24,000 nucleotides of DNA from Candidatus Dormiibacterota bacterium (GCA_036513135.1 DATBZP010000010.1:14148-38147), one strand, 5' to 3'. Positions 7,050 to 16,739 are shown, counted from the first letter of the stretch. The notes: a model not told the origin generated them from the sequence alone. Made by a program: numbers and translations.

Positions 7050-8057
7050 TTAGTGGACAGGTTTCACTCCCTCCTCGGCGACCGCCGCTGACGGGGCCCT
7101 GACATGGCATGCGGCCGAGCCGTGCCCCAGTGGCGACATTGGCGGGTCAAGCGTCCGGCAGATGTCCTGCACCAGCGGGCACCGTGGCGTGAAGGAACAC
7201 CCAGCTTGCGGCAGTGACAGGTCAGGTGGGGTGCCGGGAATCCCACCAAGATGGATCTCGTCCGCGCGCGGGTCTGCGTAGCACCTCAGCAACGCTTCGG
7301 TATACGGGTGGTGCGGCCCGCTTACAAGGTCTTTCGATGGTTGGTCCTCGACGACCCGGCCGGCGTACATCACCATGACCCGGTCGGTGGCCTCGAGGAC
7401 GACGCCGAGGTCGTGGCTGATGAGGATCGCACTGAACCCGTTCTCGCGCTGCAGATCTTTGATCGTCTGAATGACTGCCTTCTGCACGATGACGTCCAGG
7501 GCGGTTGTCGGCTCATCGAAGATGATCATCCGGGGTTCGAGCGCGAGCGCGAGCGCGATCGAGACCCGCTGACGCATGCCACCGGACAGCTCGTGCGGGA
7601 ATCTGCTCAGCACCGAAGCGTCGAGGCCAACCTTATCGAGCAGCTCGGCACCGCGGCGTCTGACGGTCGCACCCGGGTAATGCTCGCCCCCGTGTGCGTG
7701 AGCCTTGAGGATGTCACCAAAGTGGTGCTCAACGTTGCGCACCGGGTTCAGAGCGTTCATGCCGCTCTGCAGCACGATCGCGAAACCGTTGCGTCGCTGC
7801 CGGCGCAACGCCTCGCCCTTCAAGGTGCTGATGTCGACGCCGTCAAACCGGATCACGCCCTTCTCCAGCCGAGCCGGCGGGCGAAGCATCCGGGTCAGCG
7901 CGAACCCCAGCGTCGACTTGCCGCACCCCGACTCACCGACCAGCCCGACGAACTCGCCCTGCTCCAAGACGAGGTCCACGTCGCGCACCGACCAGATCCG
8001 CTGCCCGCGTGTTGGCTCGTACACGACGTTGACGCCTTCCACTTCCAACAGTGCCAT
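7050..8057 (-). CDS. ABC transporter ATP-binding protein (Opp/Dpp 'D'-type with C-terminal oligopeptide-type extension)
   Basis: Walker A GESGCGKST, signature LSGGMRQR, Walker B IIFDEPTTALD, and a C-terminal CxFxxRC motif. I moved the start to MALLEVEG (ATG 8055-8057), which overlaps the permease stop (TGATG). The 37-aa N-terminal extension in the track lies inside the permease gene. Confidence 0.9.
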   Translation of the reverse strand: MALLEVEGVNVVYEPTRGQRIWSVRDVDLVLEQGEFVGLVGESGCGKSTLGFALTRMLRPPARLEKGVIRFDGVDISTLKGEALRRQRRNGFAIVLQSGMNALNPVRNVEHHFGDILKAHAHGGEHYPGATVRRRGAELLDKVGLDASVLSRFPHELSGGMRQRVSIALALALEPRMIIFDEPTTALDVIVQKAVIQTIKDLQRENGFSAILISHDLGVVLEATDRVMVMYAGRVVEDQPSKDLVSGPHHPYTEALLRCYADPRADEIHLGGIPGTPPDLSLPQAGCSFTPRCPLVQDICRTLDPPMSPLGHGSAACHVRAPSAAVAEEGVKPVH

Positions 8058-8995
8058 CACTTCTCCCGAAGGCGCGGATTGGATAGGGCGTCGACACCGA
8101 AATTGATCAGGGTGAACGACACCGCCAGCAGGGCGATGGCCAGACCGGGGGCGAAGACCAGCACCCACTGGCCGGTCAGTAGCGAGTTCTGTTGCTGGGC
8201 GTAGTAGAGGATGGTTCCCCAGCTGACCGTGTTGGGGTCGCCCAGGCCGAGGAACTCCAGGCTGGCTTCGGCCATCACGGCTGCGGTTGCCGCGCTGAAG
8301 AAGCTGCCGGCGACCAGCGAAGTCATGTTCGGGAGGATCTCGCGGAACACCACCCGGAAGAGTCCTTCACCGGAGAACACCGCCGAGGTCACGAACTCGC
8401 GGGTGCGCAGCGTCGAGGCCTGGCTGCGGATGACCCGCGCGCCAGTGGCCCAGCTGGTGAACGCGACGACAAAGACGATCGTCCACACCGACCGCTTCTG
8501 GAGGTAAGCGGCCAGGATAAACATGAGCGGCAAGCCGGGAATCACGAGCACGAGGTTGGTCATGAAGCTGAGCAGTTCGTCGATTACACCCGGCCGGTAC
8601 CCCGCGATGAGGCCGATCGTCACCGCCACGAGAGTCGCAATCGCTCCCGCCGCGATCCCGACCAGCAGGGATATCCGCGCGCCGTAGACCATCTGGGAGA
8701 AGACATCCTGGCCGTTGCCTGTGGTGCCGAACCAGTTGGTGGTACTGGGGTTCTGGTACGGGACGAACGTCGTCGCTGTCGGCGAGTGCGGCGCGATCAG
8801 CGGCGCGAACACGGCCACCAAGATGACAAAGCCGAGGATGACGAGACCGATGCTCGCCTTGCGGTTGCTCCAGAGCGTGCGCAGCGCGCGGCCGAGGAAG
8901 CGCAGCGGTCCAGGGATCGGGCCGGCCGGACCGACCCGGATCGCGACCCCCGCGCCGGGAACCTCCGGCGGCGGGACGGGACTGACAATGCTCAT
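8057..8995 (-). CDS. ABC transporter permease (OppC/DppC-type)
   Basis: 312 aa multi-TM protein with the EAA-like loop region (EASLEFLGLGDP). It overlaps both neighbouring genes. Confidence 0.9.
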   Translation of the reverse strand: MSIVSPVPPPEVPGAGVAIRVGPAGPIPGPLRFLGRALRTLWSNRKASIGLVILGFVILVAVFAPLIAPHSPTATTFVPYQNPSTTNWFGTTGNGQDVFSQMVYGARISLLVGIAAGAIATLVAVTIGLIAGYRPGVIDELLSFMTNLVLVIPGLPLMFILAAYLQKRSVWTIVFVVAFTSWATGARVIRSQASTLRTREFVTSAVFSGEGLFRVVFREILPNMTSLVAGSFFSAATAAVMAEASLEFLGLGDPNTVSWGTILYYAQQQNSLLTGQWVLVFAPGLAIALLAVSFTLINFGVDALSNPRLREK

Positions 8996-10005
8996 TGACG
9001 TACCCGGGGGTCGAGGCGGACGTAGAGCACGTCGACGATGAAGATCGCGACCAGCATGGCCACCGTGATGACCAGGAACAACGCCTGCATCAGAGGGAAG
9101 TCGTGGTTGACCACGGCGATGTAGAGCAGGTTGCCCAGGCCTGGATAGCTGAACACGCCCTCGACCAGGACCGATCCGCCGACAACGGCTCCCAACGAGA
9201 GCCCGAACGCGGTGACGTTGGGAAGTAGTGCGTTCCGGGCGGCATAGAGCAAGGCGACGGTGCGTGTCCGCAGTCCATTAGCCTCCGCAAACGTCACGTA
9301 GTCCTCGCCCAGGGTGTTAATCATGTTGTTGCGCATACCGAAGACCCAGCCGGACAGACTGGTGATGGCCAGCGTCAGCGCTGGGATGACGCTGTGGTAG
9401 ACCGCGCTGGTGAGGAACGACACGCTCAGGTTCGGGGTCTCGCCGGGGTTGTACCCACCTTTGATCGGGAACCAGCCGTACGTGAACGCGAACACGTAGA
9501 GCAGCAAAAGTCCGAGCCAGAAGGGCGGGAAGGCGGCGAAGAAGGTCGCGCCGAGCGTGACCGATGTGTCCGCCGCCTTACCGCGCCGCCAGCCCGCATA
9601 GACGCCCAGCAGGGTCCCGATGACGAACGCGAAAATCGTCGTCACGCCGACCAGGGCGAGCGTCCACGGGGCTGCCTTGCCGATGGTCTGCGCGACCGTC
9701 TCGCTCGGGAACGAGTATGAGGTGCCGAAATTGAGATGCACGATGCTCGTCCAGTAGTCCCAGTACTGGGTTATCAGGCTGGTGTTCGGCACGCCCAGCT
9801 GGATCTCGACGGCCCTCCGCTGGGCGTTGGTGATGGGTTGCCCGCTGGACGCGAGCTTGGCCAGCGCCGCGTCCACCGGGGAACCGGGCATGAGCCTCGG
9901 CAGGATGAAGTTGAGGGTGATCGCCGCCCACAGGGTGATCAGGAACAGCACCACCTTGCGGGCCACATATCTCATGGCCCGCAACCGGATGGCACTGGTG
10001 GACAC
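8992..10005 (-). CDS. ABC transporter permease (OppB/DppB-type)
   Basis: 337 aa starting with the typical (M)RYVARKVVLFLITLWAAITLNFILPRLMPGSP motif. The true start may be the internal Met at about 9975. Confidence 0.9.
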   Translation of the reverse strand: MSTSAIRLRAMRYVARKVVLFLITLWAAITLNFILPRLMPGSPVDAALAKLASSGQPITNAQRRAVEIQLGVPNTSLITQYWDYWTSIVHLNFGTSYSFPSETVAQTIGKAAPWTLALVGVTTIFAFVIGTLLGVYAGWRRGKAADTSVTLGATFFAAFPPFWLGLLLLYVFAFTYGWFPIKGGYNPGETPNLSVSFLTSAVYHSVIPALTLAITSLSGWVFGMRNNMINTLGEDYVTFAEANGLRTRTVALLYAARNALLPNVTAFGLSLGAVVGGSVLVEGVFSYPGLGNLLYIAVVNHDFPLMQALFLVITVAMLVAIFIVDVLYVRLDPRVRQ

Positions 10006-10041
10006 CTTCCACCAGTGCCTCTCATTTCGCCCGGAATCACC

Positions 10042-11694
10042 TTAGGCCTTGGTGAGGCGCGTCAGTACCGTCAACAGGGAGTTGTTGTAGCTGGTCGGCA
10101 GCGTGTACGAGTTGGCGGCCGACGGCCAACCGGTGAAGCGCTTCGTTGAGAACAGACCCCAGCTGCCGCCGTAGTACATGAGAACGATCGGAACCTTGTT
10201 GTACATGACTTGCTCGAGCGCGTACGTAGCCTGCATCTGTGCCGACGCGTCGGTGGCCGAGGCCAGCGTGGACAGCGCCTGGTCGACCGACAGGTCCTTG
10301 AACCGCTCGAAGTTGTTCGCCGTGGGCGTGTTGACTGGGGTGGCGAAGCTGCTGCTCAGCGCGAGGCTGTAGTCGGTGTAGGGATCACCGCTGCCGCCAA
10401 AGCCGCCGATCGCCGCATCGAAAGTCCCAGCTTGGATCGACTGCGAGTACTGCGCGTACTGCGGCAGGTCCAAACTGGCGTTGATTCCAACGCTGCCCAG
10501 CTGGTTGACGACCTCCTTGGCCGCCGCCACCCAGTCGCTGAAGTTGCCCGGCATCACGATGGTCATGCTGGCCTGCTTACCGTCCTTGCCGACCAGCTTT
10601 CCGCCTTGCGATGTGTAACCGGCTTGCGCGAAGGCCGCCTGCGCGGCCGACGTGTCCTGCTTGACGTTACCCTGGTTCGGCAGGCTCGGGTCGAGCCACT
10701 TCTTCAGGTTCGGCAGGATCAACCCCGACATGCTGGCCTGGTCGAGGTAGCCGTTGACCGCCTTCAGGGCGATCGTCGAACGGTCCAGGGCCAGCGATAG
10801 TCCCTTGCGGAAGTTGACATCGTTGTACGGCTGCTTCGTCAGGTTGAGGTACAAGGCGATCGTGCCGCCCGGCGGGAACCAGTACTGGTTGTGTGCCGAG
10901 TCACGGGCCACATAGGTCGTCTTGACATCGGGCAGGAAGTTGTAGGACCAGTCGAACTTGCCGCTGACCACGTCGAGCTGGTTGGTGCTCTGGTTGCTGG
11001 CCTGTGCGGGGAACAGCACCTCGGCAGGCGCGACCTTGTCGGCCTGCCAGTACGTCGTGTTCTTCTTCAACGAGTACTGGGTCGGCGCGAAGGCGTCCAG
11101 CATGAAGGGCCCTGTCCCCACCGGGCTGGCGTTGGGGTCCTTGGTCGGATCAGCCATGCTGGTCCACAGGTGCTCAGGCACGATGTCGGTCTGCGCGATG
11201 GAGATGGCGAACGGGACGTTGGGGGCGGAGAAACTCATCGTGACGTCGTTGCCGCTGGCGGAGACCGCAGTGATCTGCTGCCAGACCCCCCTGCCGTCCA
11301 GCGCCGGGTACTTCTTGAGCAGGTTGAAGGTGAACACCACATCGGCGGGAGTGAAGTCCTTGCCGTCGCTCCACTTCACGCTTTGCCGGATCGTGTAGAC
11401 GAGCGTCTTCGGGTCGGTGAATTTGTATCCGGTGGCGAGGAACGGCGTGTACGTGCCGTCGATCGGGCTCGGGATCTCCAGCGGCTCGTAGATGAGATTC
11501 GTTCCATGCAGCTGGGAACCCTGGAAGGGGTTGAAGTTCTCGACCAGCGTGGGATTGCCCGCGTCGCCCTGGATCGTCAGCGTGCCGCCGCCGGCTGCGC
11601 CGTTGTTGGCGCTTGAACAGCTCACGCCAACAAGGGCAAGCACTGCGGCGGCCGCGCAGATCGTCATCGATTTGGCATGTGAGAGTCGCCTCAT
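10042..11694 (-). CDS. Family-5 extracellular solute-binding protein (peptide/nickel/oligosaccharide type), probable lipoprotein
   Basis: 550 aa. The signal is followed by Cys (AVLALVGVSCSS), and the length and motifs are typical of SBP_bac_5. The ATG overlaps the GH39-like stop (ATGA). Confidence 0.88.
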   Translation of the reverse strand: MRRLSHAKSMTICAAAAVLALVGVSCSSANNGAAGGGTLTIQGDAGNPTLVENFNPFQGSQLHGTNLIYEPLEIPSPIDGTYTPFLATGYKFTDPKTLVYTIRQSVKWSDGKDFTPADVVFTFNLLKKYPALDGRGVWQQITAVSASGNDVTMSFSAPNVPFAISIAQTDIVPEHLWTSMADPTKDPNASPVGTGPFMLDAFAPTQYSLKKNTTYWQADKVAPAEVLFPAQASNQSTNQLDVVSGKFDWSYNFLPDVKTTYVARDSAHNQYWFPPGGTIALYLNLTKQPYNDVNFRKGLSLALDRSTIALKAVNGYLDQASMSGLILPNLKKWLDPSLPNQGNVKQDTSAAQAAFAQAGYTSQGGKLVGKDGKQASMTIVMPGNFSDWVAAAKEVVNQLGSVGINASLDLPQYAQYSQSIQAGTFDAAIGGFGGSGDPYTDYSLALSSSFATPVNTPTANNFERFKDLSVDQALSTLASATDASAQMQATYALEQVMYNKVPIVLMYYGGSWGLFSTKRFTGWPSAANSYTLPTSYNNSLLTVLTRLTKA

Positions 11695-13619
11695 GGTTGG
11701 TTCTCCTTGTTGTCTACGGTCGGTCGAGGGGGTAGTGCGGGCAAAAGGCGAATCCGGGCCACGCCCGGCATGGGCAATGCGAAGTTGAGCTCGGCCACGT
11801 GCTGCTGGGCCGCGACGTCCGGCAGGCCCTCCTCGTACAGCTCGTCGTGCGCGCGCAGTTGCGCCCAGAGGGCGTCATCCGGCCACTGCACGTCCGGTGG
11901 GCACTGAGCCACTACGTTGGAGTGCTGCTCGTCGATTCGGGCCAGTCTCACCTTGTGTTCTGTGTCACCAAGTCCGGTGACGGTGAGCCGGACGTTGCGA
12001 TCCAGCCGAGGGTCGCCGCCCAACAGCGCGGCGTTGATCGTGCCGTTCCATACCAGCACGTCGACGGTGCCGTCGTCATGGCGGGTGGCCCAGGCCTGCA
12101 CGAGCACGTCAGCTCCGTCGCCGCCGACGTGGCTTTCCAGCACATGGTCGCCGAGGTGCGCGGCCAGGTGCACGGCCCAGTACCGTGGCTTGCGCAGGTT
12201 TCCGACGCTGAGCAGGCCGAATCCGTTATGGAACAAGCGGGGTGGCCGGCCCAGCTCCTCGAAGTGGTCGCTGACCACCCAGTACGCCAACGCGTCCAGC
12301 CGGCCCTGCGTTGCGGCGAAGCCGCTGAGCACGAAAGGTGCGCCGATCACCGCGTCGTGAATCGGTCCGAAGTGCGTGGAGCCCACGCCCCACTCCGTCC
12401 ACCAGATCGGGACGCCGTCGAACCCGTTGTCGTGCAAGGGCGCGCGAACGTCCAACGGAAGGTTGCCGTAAGTGTGGGTGGAGACGAAATCCAGCGGTAC
12501 GCCTTCACTTGCGGCGTGTGCGGCAAGTGACTCGACCCACTCGCCTGCGGCTGTGGACGGCCCCCCCACTCGCAGCCGCGGATCGACACTCTTGATGCCG
12601 CGAATCGACTCGTCGTAGAGGCGCAGGTACTCCTCGCGCGTGCCCGACCAGAAGACCTCGAGGTTTGGCTCGTTCCACACCTCGAAGGCCCATTGGGCGA
12701 CCTCCTCGATGCCGTACCGCTGGACCAGATGGGTGGCGAGGGCAGTGACTAGCTCGCGCCATTCGCCCCAGTTCGCGGGCGGCGAGATGATGCCCCTATA
12801 GGTGAACACGCTCTGCTCGGGGTCGCGGGCCAGCGCCGCCGGCATGAACGACAGCTCGACGACCGGCCGGATGCCCATCTCGAGCAGCTGGTCATAGATC
12901 GCATCGACGCGATCGAAGCTGTACTGCAACCTTCCGGCCACATCGCGGCGCACCACATCGTTGTCGTCATGCAGGATCGCGTGCGCCCGAACAAGGGTGA
13001 TACCAAGGTCGTCGTGGGCCTGTCGGAGGGCCGCGGCGAACTCGGTGGCGATCCACTGCTCGCGGCCGTCGAGACACAGTTGCGAGAGCCGCTCCGAGCC
13101 GACCATGTGCCAGACCCGGCTCAGGCGGCCGGTGACCCTCGAGGCGTCAACCCGGACCTCGACGAGCCCCGCCGGACCATCGAGCGTTCGCGCCGAAACC
13201 GGCTCCGACCACGCCCACGCCGGGTACCCGGCACCGGCCACCGTGCCGATTCGATAGCTGTACTCGACGTCGTCGCGTACTCCGGTGTCTGCGAACTTGT
13301 CAGTGGAAACAGCGGGAACGTCGCTGCCGCCGTGGTCGAGGATGCCCGACGGGCCGTTTTGGCCGTCGGTCCGCTCGATCAAATACCCGGCCGCACCCGG
13401 CACCCGGTCCCAGCTCAGCCGGATGTGTCCCACCGCGCCAACCGCCCGCATTCCGGTCGGTGCGGGTAATTCCATCCGTCGATCGGCACCGGTGGTGTCT
13501 GTGGTCTTCCGATAGATCCGCCGCTCCCAGTCGGCTCGCGCGTCGGATTCGTGCGCCTCGTCCACCTGATCCGCGGCGGCGGCCCCCTGGTCGCGGTCAG
13601 CGCCCGCAAGTCTCGTCAT
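11691..13619 (-). CDS. Cytoplasmic clan GH-A glycoside hydrolase, GH39-like (beta-xylosidase-type), with an N-terminal Fn3-like domain
   Basis: 642 aa. FEVWNEPNLEVFW contains the NEP acid/base motif and PIWWTEWGV is the nucleophile region, within a TIM-barrel context. The N-terminus (GHIRLSWDRVPGAAGYLIERTDG) looks Fn3-like. There is no signal peptide. The start is uncertain (13619, or Met at about 13475). Confidence 0.7.
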   Translation of the reverse strand: MTRLAGADRDQGAAAADQVDEAHESDARADWERRIYRKTTDTTGADRRMELPAPTGMRAVGAVGHIRLSWDRVPGAAGYLIERTDGQNGPSGILDHGGSDVPAVSTDKFADTGVRDDVEYSYRIGTVAGAGYPAWAWSEPVSARTLDGPAGLVEVRVDASRVTGRLSRVWHMVGSERLSQLCLDGREQWIATEFAAALRQAHDDLGITLVRAHAILHDDNDVVRRDVAGRLQYSFDRVDAIYDQLLEMGIRPVVELSFMPAALARDPEQSVFTYRGIISPPANWGEWRELVTALATHLVQRYGIEEVAQWAFEVWNEPNLEVFWSGTREEYLRLYDESIRGIKSVDPRLRVGGPSTAAGEWVESLAAHAASEGVPLDFVSTHTYGNLPLDVRAPLHDNGFDGVPIWWTEWGVGSTHFGPIHDAVIGAPFVLSGFAATQGRLDALAYWVVSDHFEELGRPPRLFHNGFGLLSVGNLRKPRYWAVHLAAHLGDHVLESHVGGDGADVLVQAWATRHDDGTVDVLVWNGTINAALLGGDPRLDRNVRLTVTGLGDTEHKVRLARIDEQHSNVVAQCPPDVQWPDDALWAQLRAHDELYEEGLPDVAAQQHVAELNFALPMPGVARIRLLPALPPRPTVDNKENQP

Positions 13620-13746
13620 GCCGTCATTCCGAACCCCTCATCGACCTGCCCACAGACCCCGCTTTAACTTGTACGAACGATCGCTCCCAGTGCATAACAA
13701 AGACAGCAACTTTCTTCCTCAACGACCCTGTGGGGTCGTGCGCGAG

Positions 13747-14128
13747 GGCAAAAGTCAGGGTTGGTCCCCCTCCGATAGATCGATCGGTGATCCTCACCTG
13801 ATGCTCGAACTTCCCAGGCTCTTGCTGGCCGTACCGAGGGTTCTGCGCAGCCGGCATGACCTGCTTCTCGAAAACCTCTTCCTCCGGCAGCAGCTCCAGG
13901 TCGCCCTTCGCTCCCAGCGGCGGCCAACCCACCGAACCTGGGACAAGCACCGTGCTAGCCGAGTTCGTCGCCTATTACAACCACGATCGACCGCACCGGA
14001 CCTTGGGCCTAGAAACTCCGGTCACCAGTGCTCCCTTGTTCAGCGGCGAAGTTCGCTCTCGCCCGATCCTCGGCGGTCTACATCACGCTTACGAACGTGC
14101 CGCCTGACGAGGGATTTGGACTTTTGCC
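13747..14128 (+). mobile_element. Internally deleted IS remnant (rve/DDE integrase-core transposase, IS481/IS3-like) bounded by 10-bp inverted repeats
   Basis: The transposase N-terminal piece MLELPRLLLAVPRVLRSRHDLLLENLFLRQQLQVALRSQRRP (from 13801) is joined out of frame to a C-terminal piece VLAEFVAYYNHDRPHRTLGLETPV...GGLHHAYERAA* (ends 14107). The catalytic core is missing. GGCAAAAGTC (13747-13756) and GACTTTTGCC (14119-14128) form terminal inverted repeats. Confidence 0.6.
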
Positions 14129-14338
14129 ACCCCACGCCCGACAGTTGGTCCGGTCCGGTCTTTTTGGTGTTTGCCCAGCCGAGGGCCCTGACCTCATTAC
14201 CTTGTGACCTGGTCCTGGAACCACCGCTCGCAGCGAGATGTCCTGTGTTGAACATCTCTGACACTGTTGCTGCCTCTGTTATGGCACCTGGACGACCCTA
14301 TGCAGGCAAACCTGCGTTTCGCCCAAGGAGGTGTCCGG

Positions 14339-14494
14339 ATGATCCATGCATTACTCGTCGTGGCGGTCATTCTTTTCGTCCTCTGGCTGGTATTCCACGC
14401 GACCGGTGGTTTGGTCAACTTGATCTGGCTGGTGATCATCGTGCTGGTCGGGCTGTGGTTGTTTGGTCTCGTCCGAAGCCGTTCCGCGCGCTGA
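14339..14494 (+). CDS. Small two-TM membrane protein, lmo0937-family-like (51 aa)
   Basis: MIHALLVVAVILFVLWLVFHATGGLVNLIWLVIIVLVGLWLFGLVRSRSAR. AGGAGG lies 8 nt upstream of the ATG at 14339. A close paralog sits at 23374..23529. The longer track ORF from 14267 lacks an RBS. Confidence 0.75.
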   Translation: MIHALLVVAVILFVLWLVFHATGGLVNLIWLVIIVLVGLWLFGLVRSRSAR

Positions 14495-14595
14495 GGCGGG
14501 TCTGTGGGCGTGACGACGTTCAACCTCAAGCTTCCTAGGCTTGGGCGCCCCAAAAAGCGTTTCGCCTGAGGGACGCTGGACAACTTATTGTCAGC

Positions 14596-15456
14596 GTGCA
14601 AACTGAAGCCTCTGGTATCGCAATCGTCTGCACGCTGCTTTTCCTGGAGGAGGCCGGCCTCCCGCTCCCCGTGGCGCCAGGCGAGGCGGTGCTTATCGGG
14701 GCGGGTCTTCTCATAGCCGGTGGAAATGCTCCCGTCTGGTTAATCGTCCCGCTCGCCTATTTGGCAGTCATCGGCGGCGTCCTGACCGCCTACACGTGGG
14801 CGCGTTGGATCGGGCCAAAGCGGGTCCACGCACTCGCCGCGCGTCTGCACGCTGGGGGACCGTACGATCGAGCAGCTGCCAGGCTTCGAGGGGCCACCCT
14901 ACTTCAGGTCGCGGCTTCCCGACTTTTGCCAGGCCTTCGCGTCTACACATCGCTGGTCGCCGGAGCCGTCGGCGTGAACATGGGCCGGTTCATGGCCGGG
15001 GTACTGCCGGCGAGCGCGCTTTGGGTCTTGGCCTTCACTGGCTTGGGCTTCTTCGCGGGTGCGCCCGTAGAACGTCTCCTGGGCCGCTTCGAAGCCTATG
15101 GGCTGCGAGCGGCAGTCGTTGCAGCGGTGGTCATCGTTTGGGTGGTGGCTGCGCGCCGGATGCCGCCGGTGCGAATTCATCCCGCCACGGCGCCCAATCA
15201 CGGAATGTTGCGGCTCGCGGCCGCGCTCCTTATCGATCTCTTGGCCATCACCGGCGTGGCCGGCGCTCTCGTGCTACTGACCGGCCTCGCGCTGGGCGAC
15301 TCTGGCGACCGGCCTGTCGCCGGGGCGGTATTTGCGATCCTGGGCATCCTCTACCTGGTGGTGGCCCGTCAGACGGTGGGCTCCACACTGGGCGAGGCGT
15401 TGCTCGACGTCCGCTACCACCCGCCTCGCCGACCCTGGTTGCTCCAGGTTCGATAG
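14596..15456 (+). CDS. DedA/VTT-domain membrane protein fused to a C-terminal RDD-like domain
   Basis: 286 aa with a GTG start. The N-terminal part (LFLEEAGLPLPVAPGEAVLIGAGLLIAGG...RLLPGLRVYTSLVAGA) is DedA-like. The C-terminal about 90 aa (RLAAALLIDLLAITG...ARQTVGSTLGEALLDVRY) resembles the RDD family. Confidence 0.65.
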   Translation: MQTEASGIAIVCTLLFLEEAGLPLPVAPGEAVLIGAGLLIAGGNAPVWLIVPLAYLAVIGGVLTAYTWARWIGPKRVHALAARLHAGGPYDRAAARLRGATLLQVAASRLLPGLRVYTSLVAGAVGVNMGRFMAGVLPASALWVLAFTGLGFFAGAPVERLLGRFEAYGLRAAVVAAVVIVWVVAARRMPPVRIHPATAPNHGMLRLAAALLIDLLAITGVAGALVLLTGLALGDSGDRPVAGAVFAILGILYLVVARQTVGSTLGEALLDVRYHPPRRPWLLQVR

Positions 15457-15554
15457 ATGCCCGCTTCTTGGTGCGCGATGGTGCTCTACCAGCTGCTGCG
15501 GCCGGGTCACATGCGCGGCGCCGAGAAGGAACCAGCCGAGGTGGTGGTGCCAGG

Positions 15555-16739
15555 CTAACCAGACAGGAGCTTGTCGTAAAGCTCGACAGTCTTGGATGCA
15601 ATGGCAGGCCAGCCAAAGTGCAGCAAGACGCGCTCGCGTCCTGCCTTGCCCATCCTCGCGGCCATGGTCGGGTCACTTAGAAGCTTCTCCATGCGGTCGG
15701 CCAGCGCACTGGTGAACCCTTCGACGTCAGCTGGATCGAAGTCCACCAGGTAACCCGTCTCACCCTCGACCACGATCTCCGGGATTCCGCCGACGCGCGA
15801 CGCCACCACCGGCGTCTCGCACGCCATTGCTTCCAGGATGACAAGGCCGAAAGGCTCGTAGATCGACGGGCAGACGAACACCGCGGCGTGCGAGTGAAGA
15901 TGAATCAGGTCCTCTCGCGATATGAAGTGGTCGATCCAGGTCAGGTTGCCTCGCTCAGCGGAGACGCGGCCGGCAAGAGCGGCCACTTCAGCGGCGATTT
16001 CGGGCGTATCGGGACTGCTGGCCACGATCACCACCTGATACCCCCGATCGAGTTTGAGGGCCGCCGCGAGAAGCAGCGGCAGGCCTTTCTGTCGTGTGAG
16101 CCGGCCGTTGAACAGGACGAACGGACGGCTCGGGTCGATGCCAAAGCGCGTCAGCGTCTGTGGCGACGGCTGAGGCCGGTAGATCTCAGGATCGATTCCG
16201 TTGTGAATTACGTGGATGCGGTCCGGGTTGACCGCGGGATAGCAATTCAGCACATCCTGGCGAACCCCGTGCGAAACGGCGATCACAGCGTCCGCGCTTT
16301 CGATCGCGGTTCGCTCGCAGAACATGGACAGGGCGTAACCTCCGCCGAGCTGCTCGGCTTTCCACGGTCTGAGCGGCTCGAGGCTGTGGATGGTCATGAC
16401 GTGTGGAATCGACCACATGAGCCTGGAGAGGTGACCGCCGAGGTTCGCGTACCACGTATGGCTGTGGACGAGATCGGCGCCCTTGACCGCCGCCGCCATC
16501 GCAAGGTTGATCGACATCGCCTGCAGCGTGGTCGACTCGGGCTTCGGTTCCGACAATGCTGGCCACGGCTGATGGCTCGTCACGCCTGGCTCGGTCCGCG
16601 GCGCTCCCCAGCATTGGACCGAGACCTCAACCAGGTGGCGCAGCTCGCGCGAGAGGTATTCGACGTGTGTGCCGGCCCCACCGTAGACCTCGGGCGGGTA
16701 TTCACGAGTCAGGAGCGCGATGTGTGGTCTCGTCATCAC
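15555..16739 (-). CDS. glgA: GT4 glycogen synthase, actinobacterial 'Corynebacterium-family' type (GlgA / GlgM-like)
   Basis: 394 aa. The N-terminus is [27 protein letters not shown], with the C-terminal GT-B motifs [45 protein letters not shown]. Confidence 0.85.
   Translation of the reverse strand: MMTRPHIALLTREYPPEVYGGAGTHVEYLSRELRHLVEVSVQCWGAPRTEPGVTSHQPWPALSEPKPESTTLQAMSINLAMAAAVKGADLVHSHTWYANLGGHLSRLMWSIPHVMTIHSLEPLRPWKAEQLGGGYALSMFCERTAIESADAVIAVSHGVRQDVLNCYPAVNPDRIHVIHNGIDPEIYRPQPSPQTLTRFGIDPSRPFVLFNGRLTRQKGLPLLLAAALKLDRGYQVVIVASSPDTPEIAAEVAALAGRVSAERGNLTWIDHFISREDLIHLHSHAAVFVCPSIYEPFGLVILEAMACETPVVASRVGGIPEIVVEGETGYLVDFDPADVEGFTSALADRMEKLLSDPTMAARMGKAGRERVLLHFGWPAIASKTVELYDKLLSG

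Noticed and set aside
8058-8168. 37-aa N-terminal extension of the first ABC ATPase
   Set aside because: It lies entirely inside the upstream permease gene. MALLEVEG at 8057 gives the canonical ATPase N-terminus and a TGATG coupling overlap.
13618-14538. 306-aa plus-strand ORF spanning the IS remnant and the small membrane gene
   Set aside because: It reads through unrelated pieces: promoter DNA, the transposase N-terminal piece, and out-of-frame sequence. It is Arg/Pro/Ser-rich junk outside the 48-codon transposase match. The real features are the IS remnant and the 51-aa gene at 14339.
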